Positions 1 to 12,226 are shown, counted from the stretch's first letter. The stretch is 61,096 nt of DNA from Candidatus Altimarinota bacterium (GCA_043769645.1 JAYVJC010000006.1:1-61096), one strand, 5' to 3'. Program-made: numbers and translations. Notes: generated from the letters alone by a model not told the origin.

Positions 1-333
1 CTCAAGAAGTAAACTCCCCCCGAGGTATGTATGTACCATCACGAGTGAGATAAGCAAACTCGAAAGTATATGATGATGAATTCTATGTTCCCGTTGGAAG
101 AGGGGATGGAGGATATGTGTTTTCATAGAGAGGAGGTAAGGAAGAAACATTCGAAAAATCTACTACAGATTGATAGAATTAATAAAAAAAGAGAAAAAAC
201 CTTCGAAATGAATACCTTCTTATATTAATTTTAACATATGTATTTTGAAAATGCAAATATGAGCCTTATGATGAATATGTATATTATTTTGGTATTATTC
301 CAACTTGTAGATATACTATGGGTGAGATAGAAT

Positions 334-651
334 ATGAGTTTACTCACTTCATTTGATTCAAATCCTTTTAGAAACAATATGTTCATACTTCCAGTTCTTA
401 CACTTTTTCTCCTCGCTCCTATTTATACTATCAATAAAAAGATTTTTATAGGAGTACTGATACTTGAATGTATACTTTTTTTTGCGGGATATTTCTATAT
501 TACGATGACTTTTGAGAAACTTATGAATAAGACTCTCTACTTTACCGCTCTTGGATGATGAGCCCTTATACTTGCATTTATTGGTTTTTTTGTAGCGCTT
601 TTTTCGAATCAGAAACACCTCTATAATGATAACCCCGAAAATAATGAATAA
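334..651 (+). CDS. small hydrophobic membrane protein (hypothetical)
   Basis: ATG at 334. The standard ORF 334..558 stops at tandem TGA TGA. Reading TGA as Gly extends it in frame to TAA 649..651. Hydrophobic TM-like stretches are present. The stop overlaps the next start (ATGAATAA). Confidence 0.4.
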
Positions 652-1399
652 ATTCGACCAGATTTTCTTTTCCCAGTATGTAGATGAAAGTGATTCGATA
701 GCACGAGTATTTCATCGTCATGTATTTATCGTTTTGGAAGATATTACTCTTTGGACATTTTTTTGACTTTTTATACCAGGGTTTCTCTATTACTACAATG
801 CATTTTCTCTTCAATCGAGTTTGGAATCTTGGCAGGTGAATGTATGTATGATATTGATTTATATAATTCTTATCTATAAGCTCTGTGACTGGTACTATGA
901 CGTATGGATTGCAACGGAACGAACTATGATAGATGTGAGATGGAAATGGTTTACCTCCAATCTTCTTTACATTCCGTACGATAAAATTGAGGGAGTGGAA
1001 GTTCGCACGCGCTCTATATTTCACTCGTTTCTCGGTATTTCAGATGTCATTATCAAGCTTTCGGGAGATGATACTTTTACCCTTACTTCAGCTGCAAAAA
1101 GTAGCGAAATTCTCTCATACATCCAATCTATAGGAAGTAAAAAAAGGAAGTTTTCAGGCAACAATCGTGAACCATTTGATATTCTTGTCGAAACTCTTTC
1201 AGATGTTGTGAAAGGTCAAATGCTAGCCGGTGGGAAAGAGTATATCACAGAAGAGTATATCGAAAAACTTGATTCGACGCTTATTGATGAAGATACCATA
1301 GATCTGAGAAAGCCAGATGAAAAAATCATTATCGAAAACTGGAAGAAGCATCATGAGTATAGTGATGATAGTACAGGTGAAGCCACGGACCATCACTAA
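644..1399 (+). CDS. membrane-flanked bacterial PH-domain (bPH_2/YdbT-like) protein
   Basis: ATG at 644 with one in-frame TGA (764..766) joins to track ORF 821..1399. Two N-terminal hydrophobic helices are followed by ...IPYDKIEGVEVRTRSIFHSFLGISDVIIKLSG..., which resembles the bPH_2/DUF304 fold. Confidence 0.55.
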
Positions 1400-1658
1400 A
1401 AAATACTATTATATAGGCTCTTACCTGGAAGAAACTCACTCTTAAACTTACGTGTCATTTCCCATATAGTAAAATCAGTAGTCGGAAAATGAAAGGAGAA
1501 TATCTATCCATGATTGTATCACCTGCTTCTGAGGAGAGTGTAAGGGTGAAAATGGTAAAAAAAATGACAAAAGTTTTTGTCTTGAGATTTTTCTATTCCT
1601 ACTTGCCTCTCTGAGCTATATCTATAGAATAGAAGTCGCATTCTTTAACCTTTTTCTT

Positions 1659-1976
1659 ATGAAAATAGAAACTATTGTTCATGCCAATGATTTTACTACA
1701 GAACGAGAACTCATCGAAATCGAAGTTAATAAAAATATCTCCGGAAAACTCTCTGCCTATCTCAAAAAATATGATACACCTGATAGTATCATACGAATAG
1801 ATGTAATGGTAACTCGAGATAAAAAAAAGGATGAACGCTCAAAATCAACGGTCTCCGGGAAGGTGAAAATTGTAGCGGATGGGAATAGTTTTCTTAGTGA
1901 GCGAGAGGGATTCGAGAAGCTCGAAGACCTTATCAATCACCTGTTTACCCATATCAAGGAAAAAATGATGAGATAG
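1659..1976 (+). CDS. ribosome-associated inhibitor / hibernation factor (RaiA/HPF family), putative
   Basis: Intact 105-aa ORF ending in TAG. Size and charge pattern (...GKVKIVADGNSFLSEREGFEKLEDLINHLFTHIKEK) resemble short HPF/YfiA proteins. The match is by eye only. Confidence 0.45.
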   Translation: MKIETIVHANDFTTERELIEIEVNKNISGKLSAYLKKYDTPDSIIRIDVMVTRDKKKDERSKSTVSGKVKIVADGNSFLSEREGFEKLEDLINHLFTHIKEKMMR

Positions 1977-2028
1977 TCTGAGAGCATAGCGAGGAGATAC
2001 CATCTACTTACAAATCTGAATATAGCAC

Positions 2029-2931
2029 ATGAAAATAAACCAGTACATTCTCGGGGCTTCGCTGATTTCGCTCGCGGCGATACTCTGGTGACTGGATGGC
2101 ATTGTATTGACCCCGAATCTCTATAATCTCAACCTCAATTTTGTCGTCTTTATGCTCCACTTGATTCCTTTTTTATTGATGAATTTCTTTCTCTTTAGGG
2201 AGTCTTCTCGTCTCAAAAACTTTACGAAAGTAGAGCTCTGGACCCTCATAGGGATTGCCTTTTTCGGGGGAGTTCTTGGGACGCTTTCTATAGTAAAAGC
2301 GGTATTTCTCGTTCACTTTGATGGACTTTCTGTAGTAGCCTTACTTCAAAAACTACAGCCTATCTTTGCTATTATCCTCGCATACTTATTTCTTCACGAA
2401 AAACCGACCAAATACTTTCTTATTTTCGCTCTTGTTGCAATCATAGGAAGCTACTTTCTCATTTTTGGGAATCATCTTCCAAATATACAAAAAAATACCG
2501 ACTATATTTTGGCTATGGGTTTCGCCATTATCGCAGCTTTTTCTTTTGGGGTCACCACGATTTTGGGTAAGTTGGCAGCAAAGACACTTCCATTTCAGAC
2601 GATAACCTATTATCGATTTTGATTCACGGCTTTGCTTATGTTTTTTATAGTTCTCATTACCGGGAATCTCTCGGTTATAGGAGAGGTGACTTCTATGAAT
2701 TGGATGTATTTTTTTATTATTGCCTTCACGACTGGGTCAGGAGCAATATTTCTGTATTACTATGGACTCGTTCGAGTCTCTGCTTTGACCGCGACCCTTT
2801 GTGAACTCTTTTTCCCGCTCAGTACGGTGTTTTTCGATTACTTTATCAATCATAAAGTGCTTTCATGAGTTCAGATCTTCGCCTCGTTCGTCATTGTTGC
2901 TTCTATATTTGCTATTCATATCAAAAAATAA
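2029..2931 (+). CDS. EamA/DMT-family transporter
   Basis: ATG at 2029. In-frame TGA codons at 2089, 2620 and 2866 join track ORFs 2107..2622 and 2632..2868 and extend to TAA 2929..2931. About 10 hydrophobic segments, with two EamA-like halves. Confidence 0.7.
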
Positions 2932-2936
2932 TCTGT

Positions 2937-4124
2937 ATGCTTCCTATTATTCTCGGAATTCTTCTGACACTTTTCGTATTTTCCCTCATTGTTTTCATAC
3001 ATGAACTGGGGCATTTTATGACCGCTCGACTCACCGGTATGAAAGTAGAGGAATTTGGTATGGGGCTTCCACCCCGAGTTCGTACTCTCTTTACTGATAA
3101 GAAGGGGACTGTGTGGACGCTCAATGCCCTTCCTATCTGAGGCTTTGTCCGTATAAAGGGGGAAGATGTTTTTGCTGAATGATGAAAGGATAGTGATTCA
3201 TTTGCTTCGAAACCATGGTGGGCACGCTCTCTGGTACTCCTCGCCGGTGTCACGATGAATTTCCTCCTTGCCTATGTCGTGTTCGTCGGGGTCTTTCTTA
3301 CCGGAGCTACACCTATTGCCCCGAATACCATCATTGATACGAGTGCCCGTTCTTTTTTCCTCCCGAGTTTTGAACAGGCTCTAGCTACTGGTTTTATCAC
3401 TGAGAGCGGAGGACTCGTGATTAGCTCCGTGTCGGGAAGCATTGCAGAAAGGGCTGGAATCGGACAGTATGAAAAGATGAATTCTATCAATAACACTATA
3501 GTTAGTGACTATCCCTCCTTTCGAAAGGAAGTCGCAAAATGAGGGAGTATTGTCTTGAATCTTACGAGTTCTGGAGGAACTGCCCGAGTCGTGATAGTTA
3601 CTCCTGAAAATTGAAAAATAGGCGTATATGTCGGATATGATGGTCTCGAGATTCATAGGGATAGGAAACAATCATTTCCTCTCGGAGAATCTCTCAAAAA
3701 GTGATGACAGGAGTTGGTAGCGATGTGAATTTTTACGTGGGATGCTCTTGCAGACATGGTACGAAAACTTATATTTCCGAAGATTCCTGAGGAACGTAAG
3801 CAAGCGACAGATATGGTTTCCTGACCTATCGGTATCGGGAAAGTATTTGTCAGTGTTATCGAATACAGCGTACCATTTTCTACTGTTCTCGTACTTATAG
3901 CACTCATTTCCTTTAATCTTTGATTTTTCAATCTTCTTCCGATTCCGGCTCTTGATGGAGGGAGATGGTTTACGACCACACTTTCTTCTATAGTAAGCTT
4001 ATTGAGTATCAAGTGACAACTTGCTTGACAAAAGGTGGAAAAATACATCCATGGATTCTGATTCTTATTTCTTCTTGCACTCTCAGTTGTTGTGGCTATG
4101 ATAGATATAGGAAGATTTTTTTAA
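2937..4124 (+). CDS. rseP: RIP metalloprotease RseP (site-2 protease)
   Basis: Carries HELGH (HExxH), LPI-G(TGA)-GFVRIKGE, GPIGIGK and NLLPIPALDGG motifs. All frame-0 codons from 3540 to 4124 were checked: only TGA interruptions occur, and TAA is at 4122. Confidence 0.9.
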
Positions 4125-4282
4125 ATCTCGTAAACTTCGACTAAGGGATACTTGCTGAATTTTTTTGGAGAACAATAAATTATCTTTAGCTATCTCAAGG
4201 GAAGATAAATATGTTGAAGATAGAAATACTGTATATATCTCATTTCTTTCTGTCGAAAATTCACCTATAATTTATTTTATTT

Positions 4283-4486
4283 ATGTACTCTGGCTTCTGA
4301 CTCTTTTTTATCATTTTTTGAATACTCGTGATTTCATTTCCTGATTTGATAGCCTATATGATAGGATATTTTTTCCTCTTCCTTGGAATCAATATCCTTT
4401 TTATGCGAATCATCGCATCAAAAAGTAGTACTGTCTCTTGATGGAAGTTTGGCAATTTTGAGATTGTCCGCCATCGGAATAAATAA
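4283..4486 (+). CDS. small membrane protein (hypothetical)
   Basis: ATG at 4283 with three in-frame TGA codons and TAA at 4484. The N-terminal half is hydrophobic. No homology recognised. Confidence 0.3.
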
Positions 4487-4506
4487 TATCCACCATACTT
4501 CAAAAA

Positions 4507-5376
4507 ATGGGTTTCTCACACTTATTCCTGCTTCTACCTGTCATTTGTATTATTTTTCTTCCTATTATCCTTTGGGGATATGGTTTTTCTATACTCTATA
4601 CGAAAGAGTTTCATAGAACACGGTTTTTCATCGGCCTCCTTACCGGATGATGTATCACTGCAGGTATATCAGTTTCTGGATTTATTATTGATATCTCATG
4701 GTATTTGATATTTCCCGTCTGGTTATTGTTTTTATTGATTTTTTCTTTTCTCATTACCGCGTGTATGAGTTTGATATCGCATAAAAAAGATTTACTCCCT
4801 ACAAAATACCAGTTTCGATATTTCCTTTCTCATTCTGTTTTTTTTGCTCTTTGTATCAGTTTCTTGGCTTTCTTTCCAGAGTGAAATTTTATAAGTTCTC
4901 TCTTCGGGGGATTTTTTGGATATGTGGTAACGGCTACCCTCGAAGAATCCGCGAAACATATCGGGTATATATCAACTGATACTTCCTCATACGAATCAAA
5001 ACGTTGGATGCTCATGATGACATTTTTTATCGTACTCGGATTTGCTTTTATCGAGAATATCATGTATCTTTTCCAGTTTATCGAATCTGAAGATATTGGG
5101 TTATTTCTCCGCTCGTGGATGATGCGCTCACTCTTTTCACTCATCGCTCATGTATTTGTTTCCTTTCTCTTGACGTATGCTTGGTGGAAAGCATTATCGT
5201 ACCCATTTTTTACTTTCTGATACGGAGCTTTCTTTGTAATCGGAAGTATACTAGCGATCGGTTGACATGCACTCTATAATACACTGATCGACTCAGGGAA
5301 TATTTTCGCAATTCTTATATTTGTTAGTGTAGCCCTCTTTGTTACGAGTAGGATGATGTGGAAGGAGGAAAAATAG
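4507..5376 (+). CDS. PrsW-family intramembrane metalloprotease, putative
   Basis: ATG at 4507. TGA codons join to track ORF 4924..5220 and continue to TAG at 5374. Motifs TLEESAKH, GFAFIENIMY and a later GGHALYN resemble the PrsW EExxK / FxxEN / H signature. Multi-pass membrane protein. Confidence 0.65.
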
Positions 5377-5409
5377 TGGATATGAGAAATGATGAAAATG
5401 ATGTGAAAA

Positions 5410-5952
5410 CTAGATATATTCGATAGCTATTTTTCGCTCGTCTCCTTCTCATTTCTCTATTCGAACAATCTTTGTAGGAATATACATATTTTCTAATCGT
5501 TCTGGCCATTCGATGAGGCATATATTAGTAGTATCTTCCCAGATTTCGTCTCCTCATATAAGAGAAAAGGTACTTACGCTTTCGACACGGTAGAGATCGA
5601 AGTGATAGATGGCAGTTGTAGGTTCAAGGTTGCAGGTTCAAAGTTCAAGATTGGAGCCTGGAGGTTGAAGACTTTTACTAGTGACTACATTATTATCAGG
5701 AAGCTGGAATCGTGAGTAGTAGGTATAAGTTGGACTTCGTACGATGAGATTCGGATCAGAGAGATGACGACGTAGGAGGCTTCGAATCAAGCTCGTTTTC
5801 CCAGCGCCCAAATCACCATAAAAAAAAACTCGATCTCCTGGGCAGAGGTTAAGGTGTATTTCATCTAGTTCTTTTTCATTGTAAATACGTATTTGTTCTA
5901 TTTTTTGCATTTCTGAGTTTGATATGGTACACTTATCGTATATATAAATCAT
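5410..5952 (-). CDS. tsaE: tRNA t6A37 biosynthesis ATPase TsaE (YjeE)
   Basis: Contains GDLGAGKTSLIRSLL (P-loop), VRSPTYT, HFDLYRV and LIEWPE motifs. Track ORF 5638..5952 continues through TGA at 5638, 5554 and 5449 to TAG at 5410. Confidence 0.85.
5611..5672. repeat. low-complexity degenerate repeat inserted in frame in tsaE
   Basis: The DNA ggttcaaggttgcaggttcaaagttcaag...ggagcctggaggttgaag encodes ...SLQPPGSNLELGTCNLEPTT... between the SPTYT and HFDLYR motifs. Confidence 0.6.
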
Positions 5953-5956
5953 TATT

Positions 5957-6529
5957 ATGCAATCTCCAGATATACTTTCTCAACCAACAGACACTCCTCC
6001 TAAGCCATCAGTAAGTAACGATTCGCTCATTCAGAAAATAGCCGTGAATAAAAATTCATGGTATATTTCACTCTGACTTCTCGTTTCTGTTGTGACTATA
6101 ACTCTAGGTATGGCTGTTTTTGGATACTTCCAAAAATGAGAAATCGTAAGTCTTACTGATCAGATCCATAATCTTCAGTCCAGTATCGATGAAGCGGCAA
6201 AAAATAAAGATATCCTCATAGCTAAGATACTCGACGAGGGAAATATACGCCCCTCTATTGATCTCAAGAAACAAATAGGAAATTTCAAGACGATTGCTAC
6301 AGATGCTCAAGTTGAGTTTCAAGGATTTAGTATCAGCAATGATCATATCAAGACCACACTTATCGCTACTGCTGATTGACTCTATACTATTGACCCAGTT
6401 CAAACGGTGATCGCTATGATCCGGTCACATAATAAAAATACCCAAGTGCTTTCTCTCCAACCAATCAGAAGTCTCTCTGGTAATCCAAAGAAACGTATGA
6501 CGTCTATAGACCTACTGGTTACAAAATAA
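5957..6529 (+). CDS. single-pass membrane protein, possible pilus assembly component (PilN-like by position only)
   Basis: ATG at 5957 with three in-frame TGA codons and TAA at 6527. One TM helix (ISLGLLVSVVTITLGMAVFGY) is followed by a soluble domain. It sits directly upstream of pilC and the pseudopilins. Confidence 0.45.
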
Positions 6530-6550
6530 TTATCTCCTATACTCTTTCCT

Positions 6551-7150
6551 ATGGCACCTATTTCTACTCTTCCTTCTGTTTATAGTAAAATCTATACTCC
6601 GATCGCTCTTGGGATTACAATCATTTTTTTAGTACTGATCTCACGTTCCGTTTTTGCAGACTATGTTGCCTCTTCGGCCCAAGTAAGTGCTCTCGAGACA
6701 AAGGCAAAAGAAAAAGAAAATGAGCTGAAGATTCTCTCAGATCTGCAGGCACAGTTTTCTGACTCGAAAGTAGAGTCAGCTCTTAAAAAAAAGATTAGTC
6801 GCTATAATAAGACGTTCAACGAAGCTGATATTATGGAGATGATGATGGTAAAACCACCTCAACTCAGAGCAAATACTGATGGAACGTATAACTTGATGGT
6901 GAGTGCATTTGGAGTGGATAAGGGCAAAAAACTTCCCAATGGACTCTCTTTGGCTTCTGTAAATATTTCTCTACAGGCGAGAGATGTCGATACACTGGTT
7001 GACTATATCACCTATCTTACCAATCAGGATTCGGAAACTGCATTTACTATAGATAGCATCACGCTCCCTATCGATACCAACCCTGATGAAACCAAGAGTA
7101 TTGGAGGTATAAATATGAGCCTCTCTCTCGGTATGTACTATTATCAATAG
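6551..7150 (+). CDS. single-pass membrane coiled-coil protein, possible PilO-like (by position only)
   Basis: Intact 199-aa ORF. An N-terminal TM helix is followed by a coiled-coil (SALETKAKEKENELKILSDLQ). Located within the pilus gene cluster. Confidence 0.45.
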   Translation: MAPISTLPSVYSKIYTPIALGITIIFLVLISRSVFADYVASSAQVSALETKAKEKENELKILSDLQAQFSDSKVESALKKKISRYNKTFNEADIMEMMMVKPPQLRANTDGTYNLMVSAFGVDKGKKLPNGLSLASVNISLQARDVDTLVDYITYLTNQDSETAFTIDSITLPIDTNPDETKSIGGINMSLSLGMYYYQ

Positions 7151-7210
7151 TGAGAAGGTACTTGTTAAATGGTATGTGTTAGTATCTTTCTTCACTTGTA
7201 AATCAACTCT

Positions 7211-8287
7211 ATGAATTTCGAAAAATATCTTATTCCATCTGTAAAAATAAAGGATAAAGTCCAGTTTTATGAGAATATTTCCAATCTCCTAGATGGATGA
7301 GTAAGCTTGATCCCTTCGATCCAGTGATACCGAGATCGAGTAGAACATTTGGGTGTCAAAAAAGAACTGGATAATCTTCTCTTTTTTCTCGAAGGAGGAG
7401 ATGCTTTGAGTATAAGTATGAGGAAGATCCCGAATTTTTTTTCTGATTGAGAAATGGCTATCATCGAAAGTGGTGAACAGACGGGAAATATGCAATCATC
7501 CTTTTCTTCCCTCGCTCATGATCTTAGAGATCAGGATGAACTCAGGGGAAAAATCAAGAGTGCGATGACATACCCTTTCATCATATTTCTCTTTTTGATT
7601 ATAGCGATCGCAATCGTGATGATCTATGTCCTTCCACAGATTCGTCAGATTATTGATCAAGCTCAAGGAGATCTTCCTTTTTCTACGAGGTCCCTCATGG
7701 CGGTAAGTGGGTTTATGCAAGAACACTTTCTTTTGATAATCCTTATTCTTCTTGGACTCGGGATGATTATTCGTGGTTATATCAGCACAGAACAGTGAAA
7801 TTACCGGTTTGATTTGTGGAAAATGCGAATTCCAATAATCGGAACTGTATACAGAAACTATCTGGTGGTAAAAGTAATGTCGACTTTCTCGTTGCTTCTT
7901 GGATCTGGGATTACTATTGTGAAAACCCTCAAACTCACATGAGCGAGTACGGATAATGTCGTCGTACAGGAGATTTTTCACAATATAGCGCATGCAGTAA
8001 GTCACTGAAGGAAGCTCGCAGAATCAATGAAGGAAGCTGATCCAGTAGGAAATATATTTACATCCAATATCCTTCAGATGGTCGAAAGTGCAGAAAAAAC
8101 GTCTACTGTCAATTTGGTGGCGAATAAACTTTCTACACAATATCGTCGCGAAGTGGACACCTCATTGGCTATAATGGTCAAATTTATCGAACCGATCGCA
8201 CTTATATTTGCTGCTATATTCGTACTTTGGTTTGCCATAGCGATATTTTCGGCTATTATGCAAGTGGTCTCAACAGCCTGACGCTAG
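7211..8287 (+). CDS. pilC: type IV pilus / type II secretion platform protein (PilC/GspF family)
   Basis: ATG at 7211. TGA codons join the upstream part to track ORFs 7454..7798 and 8027..8281, ending at TAG 8285. It shows the two-repeat GspF architecture (EsGEqtGnm..., ...MVESAEKTS...) and three TM segments. Confidence 0.85.
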
Positions 8288-8425
8288 ATTAACTATGCTG
8301 ATTTACTTCTAGGTCTATTGGATAAAACTATACCTATTATGGTATAAAAGAGAGTTCATATTTTCTCCTTATACGCAAGGATCCACAGTAATCTTATGGT
8401 ATAAAAACTCTTGCACTGCCTCTCC

Positions 8426-8998
8426 ATGTATAAAAATCGAATACACTCATCCTGATTTACGATTGTGGAACTCCTCATTGTTATGTGTATTATAGCGATT
8501 CTCATGTCAGTAGTATTTATCCCATATAATTACTATATGGACAGAGGTCGTGTGGAACAGACCACCAATACCATAGCCCAAAGATGGACTCTCAGTCACA
8601 CTGATGTGAGAAACGGACTTCTCTTTGATATGACGACATGAAAAAATGCAAATGAACTCGTCAGTATATCTTCCGGTGCGACGAAGATAGATTTTTATCT
8701 CCTTTCCGGAACTACTATTCCCTCAAATCTACCCATCACTGTGACGAGCCCTGACATTCGATTTTCAGATAGTGTTTTTTTCCCAAAAAATATCTCCATA
8801 CTTTCTATAACAGGCGTTACTCTTGCCGGAGATGGGAAAAGTATCTGATATTTTCTCCAAGCTCCATATGGAAGTGGAATATTTTTTACCGAAACTACTC
8901 GATCTTCAACTTGAATAATACTTCTCATTGGATATCCTGGAGGAACTACTGCGAACTATCGCGCTCGAGAAATCTACCTTGCACCACAAAATTATTAG
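8426..8998 (+). CDS. prepilin-type N-terminal cleavage/methylation domain protein (pseudopilin 1)
   Basis: Begins MYKNRIHSS-G(TGA 8453)-FTIVELLIVMCIIAILM, a class III signal peptide with Glu at +5. Several in-frame TGA codons; TAG at 8996. Confidence 0.8.
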
Positions 8999-9036
8999 CC
9001 ACCACCCCCCATACGATCGTTCATCACTTTTTTCCT

Positions 9037-9714
9037 TTGAAATACTCACCTTCTACATCCTGATTTACCCTCATCGAGATGATGATAGGTATCCTCATAT
9101 TTAGTATCAGTATGGCCGGTATTTTTGTGCTGATACAGATGGCGATCACCTCGTCAGCACAGGTAAAACAAGAGATTATAGCGGCAAATCTTCTGAGAGA
9201 ACAGGTCGAACTCGTCAAGAATCTTCGAGATACCAATGTTCGTAACTTTCTCCCTTGGGATAGTATATTTCTCGATAAAACGACGACCGATAGATTCAGC
9301 TCATGATACTATATCATCGAAAATGACTTTTCTGCTAATTCTGAAAAAGTGAGTCTTGATTCTACAACGGGATACTTTATCAAATCACCAGTCTCTATGA
9401 GTCGTATTTTTAGTACTGGTATTCCTATCACTTTGAGTGATATATTTGTGGGATCGAGACTCTATGTTGATGATGTTGGTAGGTATAGTCATACCGTCAG
9501 CAGCAGACAGACTCCTTTTGCTTCCTATATCAGAGTGATACCACTAGAAATCCCCACTCTTCCGACTCCTACAACAATCGTAAAACTTGACTCGAGTACT
9601 CTGCCTGCGGTCATTCGACCCCAAGCATATAAGATCGAAGCACGAGTGATCGTATCTTCCCCCACCTATCGAGCGTATGAACTCAATACTATAATAACAG
9701 ATTGGAAAAAGTAA
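9037..9714 (+). CDS. prepilin-type pseudopilin 2
   Basis: Contains ...STS-G(TGA 9061)-FTLIEMMIGILIFSISMAG. It joins track ORFs 9079..9306 and 9349..9714. There is no upstream ATG, so TTG 9037 is only a proposed start. Confidence 0.7.
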
Positions 9715-9751
9715 AATCAATACCTGCCTCTTTTCTCTATAATTTTCCCGC

Positions 9752-10411
9752 ATGTTTCTCCCGAAGTTTCGGCCTACTGCATCCTGATTCACCATTGTCG
9801 AAATGATTCTCGTAACATTGATCTTTTCGATGATGAGCATAGCGGCTATTTCTGTTTATATTCAGACGACTGATATTTCTCATAAGCTTGAGATGACACG
9901 GTTTCTTTCCGAATCAGCTCGAGAAATTACAGAGCGAATCGCGAGTGATGTACGAGAGCGGGGAATAGACCTCACTGCTTTGGTCGATCCTACTTCGACG
10001 CACCCTGGATGGAATACGCATATGTATAGTCAAAGCTGAGGAGAAATCCTTTCGGTAAATGGATCGAGAATCTATATTTTTGGTCAAAAGAACAGTACCT
10101 GAATTGTACCATGTACTGAAGTGAAAAAAAATAACCCAAAAGAGATCTGTGGTATCTACTTAGTAGAATGAAGAAATTATGCTAACGCCCTGAATCTGGC
10201 TGATAGTTTTATTCCTGATGAATCAAAAAAACGTGTCAAGATACGAAATGCTACTTTTTTTGTTTCTGGAAACGATCTTACAGAAAATAAAGTTACTATG
10301 ATCTTTACACTCACCCTTACGAACCAGTCTGGAGTAAAGGGGGAGTACTTGGCGAATTCAGATTTTACCATCCAAACGACGATATCCGAACGCGGATTCC
10401 GTAAGTACTAA
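9752..10411 (+). CDS. prepilin-type pseudopilin 3
   Basis: Begins MFLPKFRPTAS-G(TGA 9785)-FTIVEMILVTLIFSMM. It extends track ORF 9803..10039 through three more TGA codons to TAA at 10409. Confidence 0.8.
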
Positions 10412-10471
10412 AAATGAACTATCGGTATTTTTGATACACTACACTATTTTCAGTCCTCTCTTCTCCATCTT

Positions 10472-11407
10472 ATGAACTCTCGGCTCTACACATCTCATAA
10501 ATGATTTTCTATTCTGATGGCACTGGGAACCACTGGGGTACTCTTAGTAATCGCTGTAGGACTTGCCAATGTCTTTCTCTCAGAAATGCGTATCAATAAA
10601 ATGGTATATGATGGAATTCTAGCCTATTCTACAGCTGAATCCACCTTTGAATATGCGATGCTGAAGGCGAAAAATCATCGAGAAGGATTCCAGGATCAAC
10701 TGACAGCGAGTGATATCGATAGCAATCTCCTTTCGGGAACAACTCCGAGGACCCAGAATGTCAAAATGACCTATGATATGAAGGCTTCTAGTAATAACGC
10801 TTCCTTTACTCTTTCAGGAGGGGAGTATCTCATTCTTCCTTTATTCGTGGGTAACGATAATCTTCTGGTACCTGGATGAACTTCTAAAAGTCCGAATTTC
10901 TCTACGAGAACTGAGGCAATTTCAGAACTCAAGATATCAGGTCTCAATGGGGATACCTCCTGGACTATTCTCGGTATGAGCGGGGGAGTGACGATAGGTA
11001 TATCCGGAACGGGGACGATTGCCTCCAGTCTCGGCACCAAGGGAACGATGAGAAATCGTGGAGTTGACTGTTATGGTATCGTGGGGGGGAATGTGGAAAA
11101 AGTCGACTGCAATGGAACTATTCCTATTCTCGAAGAAAATAATTACTCGTTTGATAAAGAAATGACGGTATCAGATTTTCTTACTTCCTCGAATATGACA
11201 GATCGATATATTTCTATATTCAATAATGTAGATCCTGCCACTTCTACGCCTATTACGCTACAAATTGAAACTACAGGAAAGTTTGCTCTCCCACTCTTCG
11301 AGCTCACGACGACGGGAAGGGTAGGAAAAACTGCTCAATCCCTCGAGTACAGTGAAGATAAAAGTAGGTACTATGATGCTCTTAAGTACGGGCTTTACAA
11401 TGAGTAA
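10472..11407 (+). CDS. PilX-like minor pilin (prepilin-like N-terminus lacking Glu+5)
   Basis: Begins MNSRLYTSHK-G(TGA 10502)-FSILMALGTTGVLLVIAVGL. It joins track ORFs 10517..10879 and 10976..11407. Confidence 0.6.
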
Positions 11408-11425
11408 ATATGTGAATAACTACTC

Positions 11426-12166
11426 CTAGAGTTTCACAGAAATTACCTGATCAATCTTTTCTCAATAAAGGTGTATCTTTTTGTTTGGAAGTAACTCAAA
11501 TGAGGAAATACTACTATCCGTAACAGAAGTTTGGAATTGCAATATACGACTTCCATCATTTGTGAGAAGGTATAGTGTGTATGGATCATTATCTACAAAT
11601 TCATTATGTGAGAGCACATACAGTCATGATTTTCCACTTTTTGTAGCGACCTCACTTATCTCTTCGATAATAGTGCCTGTTATTTTATTTATATATCGAA
11701 AACCTGATGTATATCCATTTTGGATTAAAATACCATACCAGTACGGGGATTTTATGGTGATTTTAGAACATTGTGCCTTCCTATCTGCATAACATGCAGT
11801 CAATCTTAATCGCCTTACTAATATATCGTAAACATCAGAGTATTCTTTAGTGATTTTTTCAATATTCGCGTTAAAATTATCAAAGTTCAGTGTTTTTGCA
11901 TAATCGATAAGCTTTTGCTCTTGTTGATTCGCAGGAGAAGCATTTCGTATATTTTCGAAATCTCACATACTGGAGGGTCATCCATAGTATCCTCCCATAG
12001 AATTCGATTCAGTAAATATTTCTTTCTGTTTATAGGAGATGGATATGTCATTTTTTGTTTGTACTATCTTGAATCCATATCAAAGGTTTTTCTGAAATAT
12101 GATATCTGATGTAGCATTCGCAAAGATCGGTATGAGTAGTATAAACAAGAAGAAGATTTTTTTCAT
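11426..12166 (-). CDS. secreted hypothetical protein
   Basis: ATG at 12166 with a signal-peptide-like start (MKKIFFLFILLIPIFANA). About 7 in-frame TGA codons; TAG at 11426. The length is a multiple of three (741 nt). It is absent from the standard track because of the TGA codons. Confidence 0.5.
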
Positions 12167-12226
12167 AGCAATATTAATTATGATTAAAAGTAAGAATTAT
12201 AATTAAAAATAAACAAATACAAAAAA

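Noticed and set aside
1-126. Possible minus-strand gene start (ATG at 126, MKTHILHPLFQREHRIHHH...) running off the left edge.
   Set aside because: Only 42 codons are visible, with no recognisable motif. It is too weak to report as a feature.
7496-8005. 169-aa minus-strand ORF.
   Set aside because: It is antisense to pilC, whose frame is continuous under table 25 and matches the GspF family.
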